DNA of 64,000 bases from an uncultured Candidatus Saccharibacteria bacterium (GTDB lineage Bacteria; Patescibacteriota; Minisyncoccia; Phycocordibacterales; UBA9973), in NCBI GenBank assembly GCA_964544225.1, contig CAZIZK010000001.1, forward strand, positions 143,477 through 207,476. The letters run 5' to 3'. The notes beneath the pieces are model-generated. The model was given only the letters and a program-made list of their open reading frames with translations. It was not told where the DNA came from and did no database searches. This document shows positions 7,926-18,311 of this stretch, piece after piece; the first letter of the stretch is position 1, and each line of letters opens with the position of its first letter. The translations under genes and the position numbers were made by a program.

Positions 7926-9581
7926 CTATACTATGTCAACAATGCGTAAACGGAGCTCAGTACGGCCAGCAAAAGTGCTCTTTTCAAAGGTTGCTATCAG
8001 GTTTATACGGCTACCCGCTGTGATCTTTGTATTGTATGAATCACGAGTTTTAAAGAAGGCTATAGCTTTTACTATCCTCCCCATTTCATTAATAAAGGTG
8101 ATCTCTAAGTGGTTCGCCTCTTTGCCAAACTCCTTTACACTATTAACCGGAACGTTACGAAACATGAACACCGGCTTTGGGTTACCCACACCGTATGGGG
8201 CCATACTTTCTATTACTTTATAATTGTCATTTGTTACGTCATCTATAGATATATCGGCCTCTACATTGTATGGCGACACCACCTCGCCATCCATAGCGAA
8301 AGTCTTATGAGCTTCTACCAACCTCTCCTCGAGAAAATGCACCTCTTCATGTGACACTGCGAAGCCCCCAGCCATTGCATGACCCCCGTGCTCTATAAGG
8401 CTACCTTCTGGCAAGGCTGACATCAGATCCACCAAGTTCAGATTGCCATACCCACGGCATGAGCCTTTTATAACATCGGCACCCTCCATACCCCATACAA
8501 ATGCCGGCTTTTTATATTCATCAACAATCTTTGATGCAACTATACCGAGTACCCCTACTCGCCATGCAGGGTTGCCGATAACCACTACACTCCTCTGTTC
8601 CCTCTTTGCCATTACTTTATTTACTTCTTTCATTATCTGCGCCACTGTATATTTGCGCTCGTCGCTTAACTTCATCAAGTGTTTGGTCAATACTCCTGCC
8701 TCAGTAATATCAGTCGTAGCCAACAATTCAAATGCACGCATAGGACTATCCATGCGTGAAGCAGCGTTAATCTTTGGAGCCAGAGTAAATGTAATATCAT
8801 CCTCTACCAGATTACTTATATCAAGCTTAACAGAACGCCAGAACTGTTGCAGCCCTGCACGATGATTCTTCTTTAATACTTTCAATCCATAGTATGCGAG
8901 GACCCTGTTCTCATCCAACAGGGGCACCTGGTCAGAAAGTGTAGCAATACCTGCCATATCAAGTAGCCACTTCTCCCAACCTTTTTGGATATTCCAATAT
9001 TCACCATATTTAATAACCAATGCCTGGACCAATTTAAAAGCGAGCCCTGCGCCACAGAGCATCTTGTCGGGATAATTACACCCCTCCTTCTTTGGATTAA
9101 GTATTGCAAATGCGGGTGGAACAATATCGTGTGGTAAATGGTGGTCGGTAATGATCACATCGATACCTGCACTTTGGGCATTTGTAACTTCAGCCACAGC
9201 TGTAATACCTAGGTCAAAAGTGATCAGTAGATCCACCTTTTCATTTATGAATTTATCAATAGCATCACTGTTCAGTCCATAACCTTCGCTGTGCCTGTCG
9301 GGTATATAGATACTAAAGTTCTCGTATTTTATCTTCTTGAAAAAGTCGTGCATGATCACTGCTGCGGGGATACCATCGCAGTCGTAGTCGCTGTATATTA
9401 CTATCTTCTCACCCGCTTCGGTTGCCTCGTAAATACGGACGACGGCCTTCTCCATATCATGCATTAGGTATGGGTCGTATGTATGGTCCTCGTAAGATGG
9501 GTTTAGGAATTTGTCATAGTCGGCAGGCAGTATTCCTCGGTTCTTCAATAATAAGTCTAATAGTTCGGTATGATTTGGCAT
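7926..9581 (-). CDS. recJ: single-stranded-DNA-specific exonuclease RecJ
   Basis: DHH motifs (IVIYSDYDCDGIPAAV, ITDHH) and DHHA1 (GGHAMAGG), with a C-terminal OB-like domain. Start set at MPNHTELLD (9581) so it does not overlap the divergent HIT gene. Confidence 0.9.
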   Translation of the reverse strand: MPNHTELLDLLLKNRGILPADYDKFLNPSYEDHTYDPYLMHDMEKAVVRIYEATEAGEKIVIYSDYDCDGIPAAVIMHDFFKKIKYENFSIYIPDRHSEGYGLNSDAIDKFINEKVDLLITFDLGITAVAEVTNAQSAGIDVIITDHHLPHDIVPPAFAILNPKKEGCNYPDKMLCGAGLAFKLVQALVIKYGEYWNIQKGWEKWLLDMAGIATLSDQVPLLDENRVLAYYGLKVLKKNHRAGLQQFWRSVKLDISNLVEDDITFTLAPKINAASRMDSPMRAFELLATTDITEAGVLTKHLMKLSDERKYTVAQIMKEVNKVMAKREQRSVVVIGNPAWRVGVLGIVASKIVDEYKKPAFVWGMEGADVIKGSCRGYGNLNLVDLMSALPEGSLIEHGGHAMAGGFAVSHEEVHFLEERLVEAHKTFAMDGEVVSPYNVEADISIDDVTNDNYKVIESMAPYGVGNPKPVFMFRNVPVNSVKEFGKEANHLEITFINEMGRIVKAIAFFKTRDSYNTKITAGSRINLIATFEKSTFAGRTELRLRIVDIV

Positions 9582-9609
9582 ACATACGATTGTATCATAT
9601 ACTATAAAT

Positions 9610-9921
9610 ATGAACGAAGAATGTATATTTTGTAAAATAGTAAGTGGCATTATACCAGCAGATAAAGTGTATGAAGACGATGATTTTGTATCATTCCTAG
9701 ATATTCACCCTGTAGAAGTTGGCCATGCATTATTGATACCAAAAGCACACTACCAGTGGATGACAGACGCACCTAACGAAGTCATATCTAAAATATTTAT
9801 ATTGGCAAAAGAAATGATGATCAAGATGAAAAATGAACTGCCATGTGATTACGTCCAAGTAAGTATCGTCGGTAAAGATGTACCACATTTCCATATACAC
9901 CTAATACCTAAAAAATTATAA
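9610..9921 (+). CDS. HIT-family (histidine triad) hydrolase
   Basis: CIFCKI N-terminus and the histidine-triad motif HFHIHLIP. Confidence 0.85.
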   Translation: MNEECIFCKIVSGIIPADKVYEDDDFVSFLDIHPVEVGHALLIPKAHYQWMTDAPNEVISKIFILAKEMMIKMKNELPCDYVQVSIVGKDVPHFHIHLIPKKL

Positions 9922-9924
9922 ATA

Positions 9925-9949
9925 AAAAATGCCCCATAGGGCATTTTTT
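9925..9949. terminator. bidirectional intrinsic terminator (HIT gene / pgk convergent pair)
   Basis: aaaaaTGCCCcataGGGCAttttt hairpin; overlaps the pgk stop codon. Confidence 0.7.
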
Positions 9950-11063
9950 ATTTTAAAGCTTTCAGTCCTACTAACGTCCCCTTGGATAAGAATTCGAGTG
10001 TAGCCCCACCACCGGTGGATACAAAGGTAAATTTATCCCCGAGCTTTTTATGCTCTATGAATACTGAAGTGTCTCCGCCACCTATGATGACTTTAGCTTT
10101 TGTATTGATCAATAATTTAATCAGTGCATCAGTACCTTCGGTATAACCATGTTCATACCAACCCATAGGGCCGTTCCACAATACCAACTTGGCCTTCTTC
10201 ACCAAAGTCTCGATAGACGCAATACTTGGTAAGCCAATATCTAAAATTGCATCGTCTTTACTCATCTCGGTTATTGTTATTGTCTTCTTTTTGTTACCAC
10301 GTGACACAACTACTGTGTCTGGAAGTATTAACTTTTTACTTTTTAGAAATGGTTTCAGTGGTAATGAATCATGATCTATTACAGACTTGCCTACTTCATA
10401 CCCCTCGGCTTTAAAAAAATTGTTAGACAATGCTCCACCTACGAACACATTGTCGGCAGTCTTTAGATACTTCTTTATTAATGGCAACTTTGTCTCGGTC
10501 TTTGCACCACCAAATATAACTAGGAATGATCCAGTAGGTTTGAGTACACGAGACAGGTTCTTTACCTCGTTCTCCATCTGTAACCCTACAAAGGCCGGTA
10601 AATATGTTGGCAAGCCAACAATAGATGCGTCGGCTCGGTGAGACACAGGGAATGCGTCGTTCACATATATATCACCTAGGAATGCTAGGTTACGAGTGAA
10701 AGCTTTGTCATTAGCCTTCTCGCCAGCGTCGGAACGCAAGTTCTCTAGCAATATTACATCACCATTTTGCATAGTATTTATAGCCTTTTGTGCTAATTGT
10801 CCACAAATATCCTTAACGAATTTAACTTTGATAAATTTGTTTACAATTTTAGCAACAGGTGCCAGTGAGTCGGATGGATTGCGACCCAAATGACTGATCA
10901 ATATTACCTTTGCACCCTTCTTTACTAACAATTCGATAGTGGGTAATGCTTTACGAATACGGAAATCGTCCATTACTTTGCCGTTATTTATCGGCACGTT
11001 GAAGTCGACTCGCACTAATACCCTCTTGCCCTTTATATTCTTTAGTTCTTTTACTGATTTCAT
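9948..11063 (-). CDS. pgk: phosphoglycerate kinase
   Basis: RVDFNVP and GGGA-type motifs across the length (VRVDFNVPINNGKV, FGGAKTETKL, GGGDTSVFI). Confidence 0.95.
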   Translation of the reverse strand: MKSVKELKNIKGKRVLVRVDFNVPINNGKVMDDFRIRKALPTIELLVKKGAKVILISHLGRNPSDSLAPVAKIVNKFIKVKFVKDICGQLAQKAINTMQNGDVILLENLRSDAGEKANDKAFTRNLAFLGDIYVNDAFPVSHRADASIVGLPTYLPAFVGLQMENEVKNLSRVLKPTGSFLVIFGGAKTETKLPLIKKYLKTADNVFVGGALSNNFFKAEGYEVGKSVIDHDSLPLKPFLKSKKLILPDTVVVSRGNKKKTITITEMSKDDAILDIGLPSIASIETLVKKAKLVLWNGPMGWYEHGYTEGTDALIKLLINTKAKVIIGGGDTSVFIEHKKLGDKFTFVSTGGGATLEFLSKGTLVGLKALK

Positions 11064-11084
11064 GATATGTTTTTCAAAAAATAA

Positions 11085-11846
11085 TTATTTGGTATCTGAG
11101 TCTATAATAATTTTACCAAAATCCTTTACACTCAGACATGCACGGCCTACTAACAAACCATCAACACCTCCATGCATCATAAAATCGCGAGCATTGTCTT
11201 TGTTTACAGAACCACCATAAAGTATACGTGTAGCATGAGCCACTTTCGTATCACTCATGTCTGATACGACTTTCCTGATGAAAAGACTCATCTCCATACT
11301 CTCTACTGCTGTAGCCTCCCTTGTAGCAGATTTACCTATTGCCCAGATCGGCTCATAAGCGATAACCACCTTTTTAATATTTGATTTTGGTACACCAGCT
11401 AGTGACTCATGCAATTGCTTCTTTACGAATTGTAAATACTCACCACTACCATCGCGGTGTGACTCACCTACACACAATATAGGTGTAAGGTTAGACTTCA
11501 ACAAAGCATTTACCTTCTTAGATATAAACATACTGTCCTCCCCCATAGCTCGACGCTCAGAGTGGCCAACTATCACATACTTTACATTTAATTCTTTGAG
11601 CATTTTTACAGAAACTTCACCAGTAAAAGCACCAGTTGCTTCTGGATACACATTCTGTGCACCAAGTATGGCACGAGTTGTAGACAAAGTTTTCAATACT
11701 GGCAAGAAGGTATAAGGTGCACACATTACCACATCTACATTCTTTGTCTTATTTGCTACCTTCTTTACACTAGCAAATAAAGAACGGGCTTTTACAACCC
11801 CCTCTGGGTTCAACTTCCAATTACCTACTATAAGCTTTTTATTCAT
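11085..11846 (-). CDS. tpiA: triosephosphate isomerase
   Basis: LIVGNWKLN, VGHSERR and YEPIWAIGKSAT motifs; start at MNKKLIVGNWK. Confidence 0.9.
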   Translation of the reverse strand: MNKKLIVGNWKLNPEGVVKARSLFASVKKVANKTKNVDVVMCAPYTFLPVLKTLSTTRAILGAQNVYPEATGAFTGEVSVKMLKELNVKYVIVGHSERRAMGEDSMFISKKVNALLKSNLTPILCVGESHRDGSGEYLQFVKKQLHESLAGVPKSNIKKVVIAYEPIWAIGKSATREATAVESMEMSLFIRKVVSDMSDTKVAHATRILYGGSVNKDNARDFMMHGGVDGLLVGRACLSVKDFGKIIIDSDTK

Positions 11847-11888
11847 GTGTATATTATAACACAAGAAATAAATGGTATTTATACCATA

Positions 11889-13148
11889 TTATGAATCAAG
11901 AGGGTTGGATCCTTCGATAAGAATTGGGTCTGGGGGGTTCCCATCACCAGAAGACGAGGCATGTCCGCTATTATCATTATCAACAACTACAGTAATTAGC
12001 TTGGAAACAGTTGTATTACCTGTATTATCATAGGCTTTAGCAGACAATTCATGGCTACCATCAGTGGTTGTAGTAGTGTCCCACACTATAGAGTATTGCG
12101 GTGTTGTGTCTACTCCAATAAGAGTATCGTCACTATAGAACTCCACCTTTGCAATACCACTAGTATCATTGGCAAAAGCATTCACAGACACTGTATAAGA
12201 AACTGTTGCCCCTGGCGCAATATTGGTAATCTTGGCGGCAGGAGGTGTTGCATCTGGGATAATACTGGTTGGAATTTCGGGTGTTGGTTCTACTGCCTGT
12301 AATGCTTCGGCTTGGGCCTGGGCTACTGCCAAGTCGGACTGGGCTTGTTCAACCACTTGTTGCTGATTTGTTATCTGACTAGGTGTAACTACAGGGGTGT
12401 TACTACTTGTACTTGATTGTGAAGTAATTGAATCCAGGCTTGCAGTTATCTTGTTCAATTCAGAAACAGAACTATTCACAATAGCTTTGTATTCATTAAT
12501 CTGGGCCTGTGACAAGTTAGAGTTTGTGGTAGTTAGGCTATCTACTGTCGACTTTAATTCCTGGATAAATTGATTTACAAAAGTAATATTATTTTCTGTA
12601 CTTGAAATAAGTGTAGATAGTGATACGCTTGAATTCGTAACTTTTGAACCGAGCTTAACTTCGGCATTGTAAGTATTTAATATATTCTTCCAAGAAGACA
12701 TTACACTCTCGACATTCTTGCGCATAGCGTTGATATTGTCATCTAAGGTGGAATCTTTAAAATTGATCTTGATTTGTGGTGTTGCTGTTTTAGCTTTATC
12801 AAATAATTTATCAGATTGTTTATCTAATAAATTACGAGTAGAGTTGTATTTGGCTTCGAGCATCTTCACAGCATCCTTCTCTGCTTCTCCACGTGTCACT
12901 AGAACATCTAGAGCTTTCGTTTCTTCCTCCACACGAGTAGTTGCTACTTGAAGCTTTGCTAATGCTTCAGCCTTTGGAGTGTGGGCCAATTCCTTCTTCT
13001 TTACCTCTTCTTGCTGTTGTGAAAATATTCGATTAGGAACGATAACATACTTGTGAACAAAGTAATAAACAACGATAGGAATAATTATCACGAAGCATAT
13101 AGCTGTGATTATAAATGGATTCATCTTACTTTTATTTGTATCGTTCAT
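11889..13148 (-). CDS. membrane-anchored coiled-coil protein with C-terminal Ig-like (Big-type) domain; pilus-operon member of unknown role
   Basis: Single N-terminal TM helix (FIITAICFVIIIPIVVYYFV), a long Q/S/T-rich coiled-coil, and a C-terminal beta domain (VSYTVSVNAFANDTSGIAKVEFYSDDTLIGVDTT...SHELSAKAYDNTGNTT) resembling bacterial Ig-like domains. It sits between tpiA and the PilX-like gene with 20-23 bp gaps. Confidence 0.55.
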   Translation of the reverse strand: MNDTNKSKMNPFIITAICFVIIIPIVVYYFVHKYVIVPNRIFSQQQEEVKKKELAHTPKAEALAKLQVATTRVEEETKALDVLVTRGEAEKDAVKMLEAKYNSTRNLLDKQSDKLFDKAKTATPQIKINFKDSTLDDNINAMRKNVESVMSSWKNILNTYNAEVKLGSKVTNSSVSLSTLISSTENNITFVNQFIQELKSTVDSLTTTNSNLSQAQINEYKAIVNSSVSELNKITASLDSITSQSSTSSNTPVVTPSQITNQQQVVEQAQSDLAVAQAQAEALQAVEPTPEIPTSIIPDATPPAAKITNIAPGATVSYTVSVNAFANDTSGIAKVEFYSDDTLIGVDTTPQYSIVWDTTTTTDGSHELSAKAYDNTGNTTVSKLITVVVDNDNSGHASSSGDGNPPDPILIEGSNPLDS

Positions 13149-13167
13149 GTATTTATATTATACACAA

Positions 13168-14637
13168 TTAACGAATCTCTTCCCAAGATATTGTAGAGTA
13201 TTTGTCAGAAGTTAAAGGGAATGATGGTGGTGGTGCATACAATAACTTTGCATCGTATATAATAGTACGATTTGTATAACCTGTTCCATTGGTATAAGCG
13301 AATCCGTAACGCTGGTTCGTACCGATCATGCCATACAATGTTATTAGATCACGATCATCATAAGGAGAACAACTAGAGCTATAATAATACCTACCTACCC
13401 TACCATTCACTGCCATTAATGCTGCGTCAATACGTAGATCATCTTCACTCACCATACCTACATTTATATTGTTCTGTCCGATCAAAGATATTACATCTTG
13501 TCCGTCATAATTTGTATACAATAAATCTTTATTTACAGTTATGCTCTTGCGAGTACTTGGGTTGTCAGGGAATACTCCGGCCGCAACAGTTATGCGTGCA
13601 GTATTTATCTTGCCATCTACCCAAACATTGTCCTCGACAAATATTAAACCATTTGCAGGGTTTGCATAGTTGGCAACAAATGTCTCGCTATTACTTGCAG
13701 TACTGATACTCCAACTACCCCAGTCTGTGGTATTGCTAGAGTTACTTGAACAAGAGCTCGATGGTGAGACCAGCTTCTTTACTTTGTAAACATCGTAAGT
13801 GTCATTATTTTTGAATATTATATGATAACCGAGGAATCCAGATGGTGAGAAGTATTTACCACCAGATGTAGCATTGGTCTTTATAGTAGACAAGTCATTG
13901 GTCATACCAGTAAAGTCGGCTTGGGGTACTGGGAACTGGCGTCCAGCGAGGAATACATCAGATCGTGTGGCAACACTACTGTTCGGTGCTTCGGCTGACC
14001 TGAAAGTATCATTAACACCGCTTGATGGTGGAGCGTTCACGTGAGTGTGTACACCGAACTCCACATTACCACTATGGTCCGGATCATCGTACGAGGACAC
14101 AGCACTAGTAACCAAGTTGTGAGCTATACCATCGAACCGAATACCATTGTTGGAATGTATTGGCCCAAAAACTTCTGTCCCCTGTCCGAAACGCATTGCA
14201 TCGTTTGCCACAACAGCATATCGTGCAAAAGAAGCAATGGCTAATTTGGTTTGTATTGTCTTCTTTGTATTAGGAAAAGCATTGGTATAGCCCTGAGACT
14301 TTATCGTAACAATAGTAGACCCAACCGCTGGTGGTGTAATAGTAAGAATAAATTGACCTATTGCCACACCATCTTTGTCATAAAAAGTATGCGTATAAGG
14401 CCCAGGCATTCCTGTCCCATCCTGGAAGTCATTTGGTGCATGTGCCAAATGCCAACGATAATAATCAATACCCGCTTCAGCCACCTGAAGTGCTTGCTCA
14501 CGCGAATATGCCACACGAGCAATGTTTACCGAAGATGCGGCCCAAGCCACATATACCACCACCAAAGACAGTGCAATCATGGAAAACACAATTACATTTA
14601 GAAGTATGGCACCTTTTTTATAATTTAATTTATTCAT
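13168..14637 (-). CDS. PilX-N-terminal-like pilus assembly / minor pilin protein
   Basis: N-terminal hydrophobic helix followed by REQALQVAEAGIDYYRWHL, characteristic of the PilX N-terminal family; large Ser/Thr-rich beta-rich remainder. Confidence 0.6.
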   Translation of the reverse strand: MNKLNYKKGAILLNVIVFSMIALSLVVVYVAWAASSVNIARVAYSREQALQVAEAGIDYYRWHLAHAPNDFQDGTGMPGPYTHTFYDKDGVAIGQFILTITPPAVGSTIVTIKSQGYTNAFPNTKKTIQTKLAIASFARYAVVANDAMRFGQGTEVFGPIHSNNGIRFDGIAHNLVTSAVSSYDDPDHSGNVEFGVHTHVNAPPSSGVNDTFRSAEAPNSSVATRSDVFLAGRQFPVPQADFTGMTNDLSTIKTNATSGGKYFSPSGFLGYHIIFKNNDTYDVYKVKKLVSPSSSCSSNSSNTTDWGSWSISTASNSETFVANYANPANGLIFVEDNVWVDGKINTARITVAAGVFPDNPSTRKSITVNKDLLYTNYDGQDVISLIGQNNINVGMVSEDDLRIDAALMAVNGRVGRYYYSSSCSPYDDRDLITLYGMIGTNQRYGFAYTNGTGYTNRTIIYDAKLLYAPPPSFPLTSDKYSTISWEEIR

Positions 14638-14641
14638 AGTA

Positions 14642-15271
14642 TTACAAGTTGTCTTTTAAGTTACGAACACTAATCTGCGTTGTTACAGTTACTGGTACTG
14701 GTGACCTATTTGGGTCCACATCGACTATCATATTGACCTTGATCAATCGTATAAATGAAATATTTACAGGTTGAGTAAGTGGTGATGTTGTTCCGGTATA
14801 ATTAGTATCATAATAAGTAAAGACAGGGGTCGCACCATTACGAAGGTTGTGGACCAATTCAGTAAAAGTCTCGTTCGCTGTTGTGTATACAAGCGGGTTA
14901 CCTGTTGGAATTATCACTCCCTTTTTCAAAGTGGTGCCTTGGATAAAATATCTAATCCTTTCTTTTAATCCATCATCATTAATATCTGTAAAGAAAACAA
15001 AGCTATTATCATCTGCAATTTCAATAGGGTATGAACCTAAAGATGAAGGAGACATCGAGCGGATCTCTGAAGACATAGGTTGTAGAACATGCCGAGCATC
15101 ATCGTAAGCAGTCAAACCTCCAGAGAATACACTATTGTAATAAAAAGCGTTACGAGCAAATAACCCTATGACACCTACCATCATAACCAATACAGCAATA
15201 CCAATAACGAGCTCAATAATATTGAAACCACGGTTTGTTTGTATTTTATTTTTAAAAATATTTTTATACAT
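14642..15271 (-). CDS. prepilin-type N-terminal cleavage/methylation domain minor pilin
   Basis: Class-III signal: short basic leader MYKNIFKNKIQTNRG | FNIIELVIGIAVLVMMVGV, with Glu at +5 after the Gly cleavage site. Confidence 0.7.
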   Translation of the reverse strand: MYKNIFKNKIQTNRGFNIIELVIGIAVLVMMVGVIGLFARNAFYYNSVFSGGLTAYDDARHVLQPMSSEIRSMSPSSLGSYPIEIADDNSFVFFTDINDDGLKERIRYFIQGTTLKKGVIIPTGNPLVYTTANETFTELVHNLRNGATPVFTYYDTNYTGTTSPLTQPVNISFIRLIKVNMIVDVDPNRSPVPVTVTTQISVRNLKDNL

Positions 15272-15274
15272 ATA

Positions 15275-17077
15275 CTATGGTGATATAACAAACTCCTCCT
15301 TCTGCCAAGCAGATGCGACATTAACAATACGTGAAGTATCTAGATATCCTGTCTTTGTTATAGATATAGTATAGTTCCCTGTAGCCAGACCCGAGAAAGA
15401 TACTTGTCCGGGTGGAACACAGTCTGATGTGTAAGTAAAAGATACGTCAGATATAGATGGTGTATAGCTTGAGTCAGCAGTGGAAAGAAATATTTTGTAT
15501 TTCAAATATCTATTACCATTATGAGTCGAGCCTATGTCTTGGTTTGAAGTAGTAAAATATGTTGATGATGTTCCATCTGGGCCTACAAAGTTCCATGTAG
15601 CATTGTCATTATTGGTAGCAACTTGGAACCTAACACTCTGAGAACCTGTCTGGGGGGGTTGAGTAGCGCTCTTCCAAGTGATCTGTCGGAAATTACTACC
15701 TGCCCCAGTATCAAAGGAAGATGATGTAAGTATCGCACTTGCTACATATGAACCAGAGACCATCTTTAAAGTTACATCCCCCGGTGAAGTGGAGACATCC
15801 ACATTACCATCTGAAGAGTAGTACATAATACTATCCCCAATGCTCGCCTGACCATCACCCCCTGACCAATCTGTCTGGTTAAAGAAGCCCTGACTTGTAA
15901 TAGAGTTAGTTGAGTAACTACTAGGCCCAGTGACAGATACTGTCGCGTCAGATATAGGCAAGCCTGTGGCTTGGTCACGTACGACTACTAACAGCCTCCT
16001 ACCGTTCTTTGTTTCTGTAATTATTTGTATATTCTGGCTTGAGTTTGGTGGCACACCGAGTGACAATAATGGATTAGTACCAATAATGTCACGAGTACTA
16101 TCGGAACCTGTAATATTGTAAGTATCCCACTCTATGTTACTGAGAGTCGAATTACCAGAACCATTTGTGGTAAAACCTTGTGAGTATTTAATAACATTTG
16201 GACTAGTACCAATAAGTTTTGTTCCAAAAAAATCAAAACCAAAACTTGATGATGCCACGCATTGATTGTTTACAGCTGATGCATATACTGTACTAACTTT
16301 GTCGATAGTAAATGAGACTTGGGTAACTTGCTGTAACACCACTGTCGCATCGGGTTTGCTAGGATTCGGGTTACCTGAAGCCCCTACAGGATGTGTCCTA
16401 TCGCTTGAGTACCCGCTCTTACTAATATATATACGATACTGACCAGAAGATGGTGGCGCATCTACGATAGTTAGCATCCCACTAACATCGGTCTTATCCA
16501 CTATATTTATATTCGGTATAACGCTCGTGTTTACCACATTTACATCAGCAAGTGATACAGGTAAGCCCGAGGAGTCAAACACTCGAACAACCAATGCCCC
16601 ATTTGTAGAAGCTGTTTCTAGGTTCTTTGGAGCTATCTTTGTAGTAAAAGATACTGGGGTAAAATCCTTACATGAAGCACACAAGACTTCTACTTCGATC
16701 AATTTCATATCAGCTGGGGATAGATCATTTGGTGAACCACCAAGTGTGCCGTCGAAAGGATCATCAATATTACGCACAACAATATTAACTGTGTATGTTT
16801 TACCATCGCGAACAATACTCTGGCTTTGTGGTAATAATCCAGCAGGCACACCTCCGACAGTACCTACACTTGTATAAGGCAAGTTACGAGCTATTTCGAA
16901 TTGTTCATTTATCAAATTTGTTACAACCTCTTTGTTGCGTATCACATTCATAAGCGCAAGTATCTTCGAGAAGCCTCCATAAATACCAACAGATACACCC
17001 ACAAATATCGCAACAGCAATCAGTGTCTCGACTAGTGTGTATCCTTGGTTTTTATTTTTACTGGAAAATGAATACAT
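15275..17077 (-). CDS. giant (600 aa) prepilin-leader pseudopilin / pilus-associated adhesin
   Basis: Leader MYSFSSKNKNQG | YTLVETLIAVAIFVGV (Glu +5), followed by about 560 aa of Ser/Thr/Gly/Asn-rich beta-type domains. Confidence 0.7.
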   Translation of the reverse strand: MYSFSSKNKNQGYTLVETLIAVAIFVGVSVGIYGGFSKILALMNVIRNKEVVTNLINEQFEIARNLPYTSVGTVGGVPAGLLPQSQSIVRDGKTYTVNIVVRNIDDPFDGTLGGSPNDLSPADMKLIEVEVLCASCKDFTPVSFTTKIAPKNLETASTNGALVVRVFDSSGLPVSLADVNVVNTSVIPNINIVDKTDVSGMLTIVDAPPSSGQYRIYISKSGYSSDRTHPVGASGNPNPSKPDATVVLQQVTQVSFTIDKVSTVYASAVNNQCVASSSFGFDFFGTKLIGTSPNVIKYSQGFTTNGSGNSTLSNIEWDTYNITGSDSTRDIIGTNPLLSLGVPPNSSQNIQIITETKNGRRLLVVVRDQATGLPISDATVSVTGPSSYSTNSITSQGFFNQTDWSGGDGQASIGDSIMYYSSDGNVDVSTSPGDVTLKMVSGSYVASAILTSSSFDTGAGSNFRQITWKSATQPPQTGSQSVRFQVATNNDNATWNFVGPDGTSSTYFTTSNQDIGSTHNGNRYLKYKIFLSTADSSYTPSISDVSFTYTSDCVPPGQVSFSGLATGNYTISITKTGYLDTSRIVNVASAWQKEEFVISP

Positions 17078-17081
17078 ATTT

Positions 17082-18299
17082 CTAGTTTATATTATCTAAG
17101 ATAGAATACATAGGGGTAATCATAGATATTGCAAAGAATCCTACGGCACCACCAATAAACAGCATCAATACTGGCTCGATAATTGTGGAAAGGTCTTTTG
17201 TCTTTGAATCTACTTCTGTTTCGTAAAAATTTGAAATGTCTACGAGCATGGCTGACAAGTTACCCGTTTCCTCCCCTACTTCCATCATCTCACCCACCAT
17301 CACTGGATAGAGTTTTGTATTAGCTTTGAATACTTCAGACAAAGTGCGTCCTTTTTCAATAGCGACAATAGCATCATTTACAACCTTTTGAAAATTAACA
17401 TTTTGCAAAACTTCTTTTGTGATAGTTAACGCTCGTGACATAGGAACCCCAGATGCCAATAGCGATGACAGTGTGCGTGTAGTGCGTGCAGTGTTTACCT
17501 CCTTTACCAACTTACCTATTACAGGTAAGTACAATATAGCTGTGTCGATATATTTCTGAGTCTTTGGGATCTTGGCAAATACAACAAGGCTACCTACTGA
17601 ACCAAAAATAATAACAAAGAACAATAATGTATGATTCTTCACTGTGTCAGACAGCCAAATAATGAATTTTGTAGAGGATGGTAGTTCAGCCCCGATACTG
17701 GCAAATGTCGCGGTTAGTGATGGCACCACGTATATCAACATCAGTACTCCTATTAGGATAATAGCTATCATAATGATAGATGGATAAGTCATGGCACTCT
17801 TGATCTTCTTATTTAAATCGTAAGTCTTTTGCAATGTGCTACCTATCTCAGACAGAGTCTTTGATAATGCTCCGGACTCTTCACCAGCACGTACCATCGA
17901 TACAAAAAGTTTTGAAAAAACTTTTGGATACTTCTCGAGTCCGTCTGAGAATGTGCTCCCTTTATTTATATTATCTACCAGACTTTCCAATATCTTTTTC
18001 AAATTTTTATTATTAGACTGTTTGATCTGTACAGTTAGTGCACGGTTCAGGGGTAAGCCTGCCTGCAACATTCCACTTAAGTTACGAGTAAACATGATCT
18101 TGTCGCGCAGTTTAATACCAGTACCAAAACTAATATTGTTTAATTTATACAATAAACCATTTTGATTTACCAATTCGGTAACTATAGGTGTCTCACCACT
18201 TTCACGAATCTGCTTTGCAGCAGAAAACTTGTCAGGGGCATCTATAATACCCTCTTTGATCTCGCCTTCTTTTGTTTGTGATTTGTATTTAAATTTCAT
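17082..18299 (-). CDS. pilC: type IV pilus assembly platform protein PilC (GspF family)
   Basis: Two GspF-like repeats with three TM segments, and a cytoplasmic N-domain typical of PilC. Confidence 0.9.
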   Translation of the reverse strand: MKFKYKSQTKEGEIKEGIIDAPDKFSAAKQIRESGETPIVTELVNQNGLLYKLNNISFGTGIKLRDKIMFTRNLSGMLQAGLPLNRALTVQIKQSNNKNLKKILESLVDNINKGSTFSDGLEKYPKVFSKLFVSMVRAGEESGALSKTLSEIGSTLQKTYDLNKKIKSAMTYPSIIMIAIILIGVLMLIYVVPSLTATFASIGAELPSSTKFIIWLSDTVKNHTLLFFVIIFGSVGSLVVFAKIPKTQKYIDTAILYLPVIGKLVKEVNTARTTRTLSSLLASGVPMSRALTITKEVLQNVNFQKVVNDAIVAIEKGRTLSEVFKANTKLYPVMVGEMMEVGEETGNLSAMLVDISNFYETEVDSKTKDLSTIIEPVLMLFIGGAVGFFAISMITPMYSILDNIN

Positions 18300-18311
18300 C
18301 CTGTTTAAAAA